This document shows positions 24,995-26,785 of a stretch of 26,785 bases of DNA, piece after piece. The notes under the pieces are model-generated. The model did not search any database. It saw only the letters and a list, made by a program, of their open reading frames with translations, and had not been told where the DNA came from. The translations under genes were made by a program, and so were the position numbers. Origin of the DNA: a bacterium (GTDB lineage Bacteria > Pseudomonadota > Gammaproteobacteria > Burkholderiales > Methylophilaceae); contig DAIDAS010000437.1 of NCBI GenBank assembly GCA_027310505.1, positions 1 through 26,785 on the forward strand. Reading direction: 5' to 3'. Position 1 is the stretch's first letter, and each line of letters starts with the position of its first letter.

Positions 24995-25732
24995 TTACAG
25001 CGCCGCCCCCAATATCGCGCCCTGCTGGCGCAAATCATCCAGCAGCACGGCGCCGAAATTCAGCACGGCCGTCGGATCGGGGTGCCGCAATTCGGTGGCA
25101 ATGCTTTCCAGCGCGGCACGACCGGACATCGCCCCGTCACGCAGCAACTGCACCAACCGAGCGGTCACTGCATTGATTTCGATAAAGCGCACCTCGTCCC
25201 CCGAATCGCGAAACACCAGCAGGCGCGTCGGCTCGGCATCAGGCTGCGATGGCCTGAAGTGCGGGGAAATGTGATGCACGGCATAGGGATACTCCAGCAG
25301 CGCCAGGGCTGGCGCCAGCACGGGGCGGCCATGCAGCAGATCGCCACCGGCATCGGCCTCCTCCGCCACGGCATCGGCCACGGCAACCGCCAGTTCGATC
25401 CACTCGTAATGCGCCAGACTCCTGATAAACGGCAGCAACACCATGGGGGTCGTTTCCAGCCAGCGCAGGAACTCTTCCGGAATCTGGCGGAACCAGGGGG
25501 TCGCACATCGGTGTTCGGCCAGAAAGCCGCGCACCAACTGCCGCCACCGGCGCACGCCGACGATCTTTTTGGTCACAGGAAAGCACGCCGCCAGCGTGGC
25601 TTCCATGTTGTTGAAGACGATTTCCGTATAAATCTTCATGCGTCGAGCCGGCACGCCCTGGGGGCGCGCAACGGACTTGGGATCGCGGATGTGGCCGGTG
25701 AAATCGACCTGGTATTGGCGAAACGCGCTCAT
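24995..25732 (-). CDS. DUF2063-family partner protein of the DUF692 maturase (HvfC/BufC-like)
   Basis: YQVDFTGHIRDP..RRMKIYTEIVFNN..CFPV..W..LVRGF..H...TPWFRQIPEEFL..LAHYEWIEL. ATGA overlap with DUF692. Confidence 0.92.
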   Translation of the reverse strand: MSAFRQYQVDFTGHIRDPKSVARPQGVPARRMKIYTEIVFNNMEATLAACFPVTKKIVGVRRWRQLVRGFLAEHRCATPWFRQIPEEFLRWLETTPMVLLPFIRSLAHYEWIELAVAVADAVAEEADAGGDLLHGRPVLAPALALLEYPYAVHHISPHFRPSQPDAEPTRLLVFRDSGDEVRFIEINAVTARLVQLLRDGAMSGRAALESIATELRHPDPTAVLNFGAVLLDDLRQQGAILGAAL

Positions 25733-26580
25733 GCCTGATAGCGCGCTGATCCGCTGGATGCGTATTTGCGCTGTAACTGGGCGATACGTTCGATTTCCGG
25801 CACCAGTTCGGCAAGCGGCGGGATATTGATATCGCGCTCCAGCAATGTCGGCGCTACGCCGAACAGGCGATATGCTTCGTCCAGCAACGCCCATACCGGG
25901 TCGATCACGGTATCGCCATGGTTATCCACGATCAGATCCTTCGCCACTTGCAGGTGGCCGGCGGTATGGATATACACCGTGCGCCCCCCCGGCAGTTGCC
26001 GCAAAAACTCGAACGGGTCGAAACCAAAGTTGACGCTATTGACATAGATGTTGTTCACATCCAGATGCAGGTCGCAATCGGCTTCTTGCAGCACAGCGCG
26101 GATAAAGTCGACCTCAGTCATGTCGGAGACCGGCGATGCCACGTAATACGAGGCATTTTCCACGGCGATGCGACGCTCCAGGATTTCCTGAGTCCTACGG
26201 ATGCGTGCCGTCACATGGTGCACCGCCTCTTCGGCACAGGGGATCGGCAACAGGTCATACAAATGCCCACCGGCGCTGCAGTACGCCAGATGTTCGGTGT
26301 ACAAGGGAATCTGGTATTGGTCGAGGAACCCCTTGATGCGCTGCAGCAGGACTTCGTCAAGCGGATCGGGGCCGCCCAGCGACAGGGAAAGTCCATGGGC
26401 GACAATGGGATAGCGCTCGGCAAACCAGGCGAATTGCTTGATGCGTGCCCCGCCGAGGCCGATCCAGTTTTCTGGGGCGACTTCAAAAAAATCGATCACC
26501 GAAGGTGGCTCGGCCTGAAGCTGGGACATCAGTTCCCGCTTCAGGCCGAGCCCGGCGCCAAATAAAGGTTTGGCGTTCAC
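25729..26580 (-). CDS. DUF692-family multinuclear non-heme iron oxidative enzyme (MNIO; HvfB/BufB-like)
   Basis: GAGLGLKR, EVAPENW, HGLSLSLGG, TEHL, YDLLP, ENASYY, LDVNNIYVNS.N, HTAGH, DNHG and LLERD. Confidence 0.95.
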   Translation of the reverse strand: MNAKPLFGAGLGLKRELMSQLQAEPPSVIDFFEVAPENWIGLGGARIKQFAWFAERYPIVAHGLSLSLGGPDPLDEVLLQRIKGFLDQYQIPLYTEHLAYCSAGGHLYDLLPIPCAEEAVHHVTARIRRTQEILERRIAVENASYYVASPVSDMTEVDFIRAVLQEADCDLHLDVNNIYVNSVNFGFDPFEFLRQLPGGRTVYIHTAGHLQVAKDLIVDNHGDTVIDPVWALLDEAYRLFGVAPTLLERDINIPPLAELVPEIERIAQLQRKYASSGSARYQA

Positions 26581-26584
26581 GACG

Positions 26585-26785
26585 TTACTGCTTATCGGTG
26601 CTGCCGCTTTCCATCGACTTCTTGTCGCCGCTGCAAGAACCTTCCTTGGCCTTCTTGTCGGCGCTGCAATTGCCTTCCTTGGCCTTTGCTTCAGCAGCTG
26701 CCTTTTTCTTCATGCTGCTACCGCACTTGCCGGTGCTGCACTTGCCTTCCTTCATTTTTTCACCGGCATCGTGATTGTCTGCCAC
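26585..26785 (-). CDS. Cys-repeat RiPP precursor (HvfA/oxazolin-like), 5' end outside the window
   Basis: Lys-rich peptide with EGKCS, TGKCG, EGNCS and EGSCS motifs, 4 nt upstream of DUF692. The GTG at 26785 is probably an internal Val. Confidence 0.88.
   Translation of the reverse strand: MADNHDAGEKMKEGKCSTGKCGSSMKKKAAAEAKAKEGNCSADKKAKEGSCSGDKKSMESGSTDKQ

Noticed and set aside
1-26785. CRISPR arrays, tRNA or rRNA genes, IS elements and prophage genes
   Set aside because: No regularly spaced repeats, cloverleaf or rRNA signatures, or transposase, integrase or phage motifs were seen by eye; dedicated scans were not run.

Overview
GC-rich chromosomal segment, probably from a betaproteobacterium (Nitrosomonadales-like; inferred from gene content and order). 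Left to right: the 3' end of lpdA; a low-GC addiction-module antitoxin/RelE-ParE toxin pair coupled to a GlcD-like FAD oxidase; a birA-coaX-SPOR operon that appears to end in an unannotated 44-aa cationic Val/Lys peptide; glnS; a membrane protein and a HAD hydrolase; a low-GC islet (~8345-9775) with two hypothetical genes and two gene remnants not in the ORF track (IHF-beta-like and YqhD-like 5' fragments); a metal-dependent membrane hydrolase divergent from a tightly packed operon (MacA-like adaptor, ABC ATPase, permease, Mut7-C RNase, second permease, COG2403 P-loop ligase of the probable arginine-synthetase type, corA); msrA; a glycine-zipper surface protein; a detached flagellar module (sigma28 promoter-flgM-flgN convergent on flhF-flhG-fliA-motC-motD); and a DUF692 (MNIO) RiPP cluster (Cys-repeat precursor, DUF692, DUF2063, DoxX) cut by the right edge. 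No rRNA, tRNA, CRISPR array or transposase was seen. All family calls come from motif recognition, not database searches.
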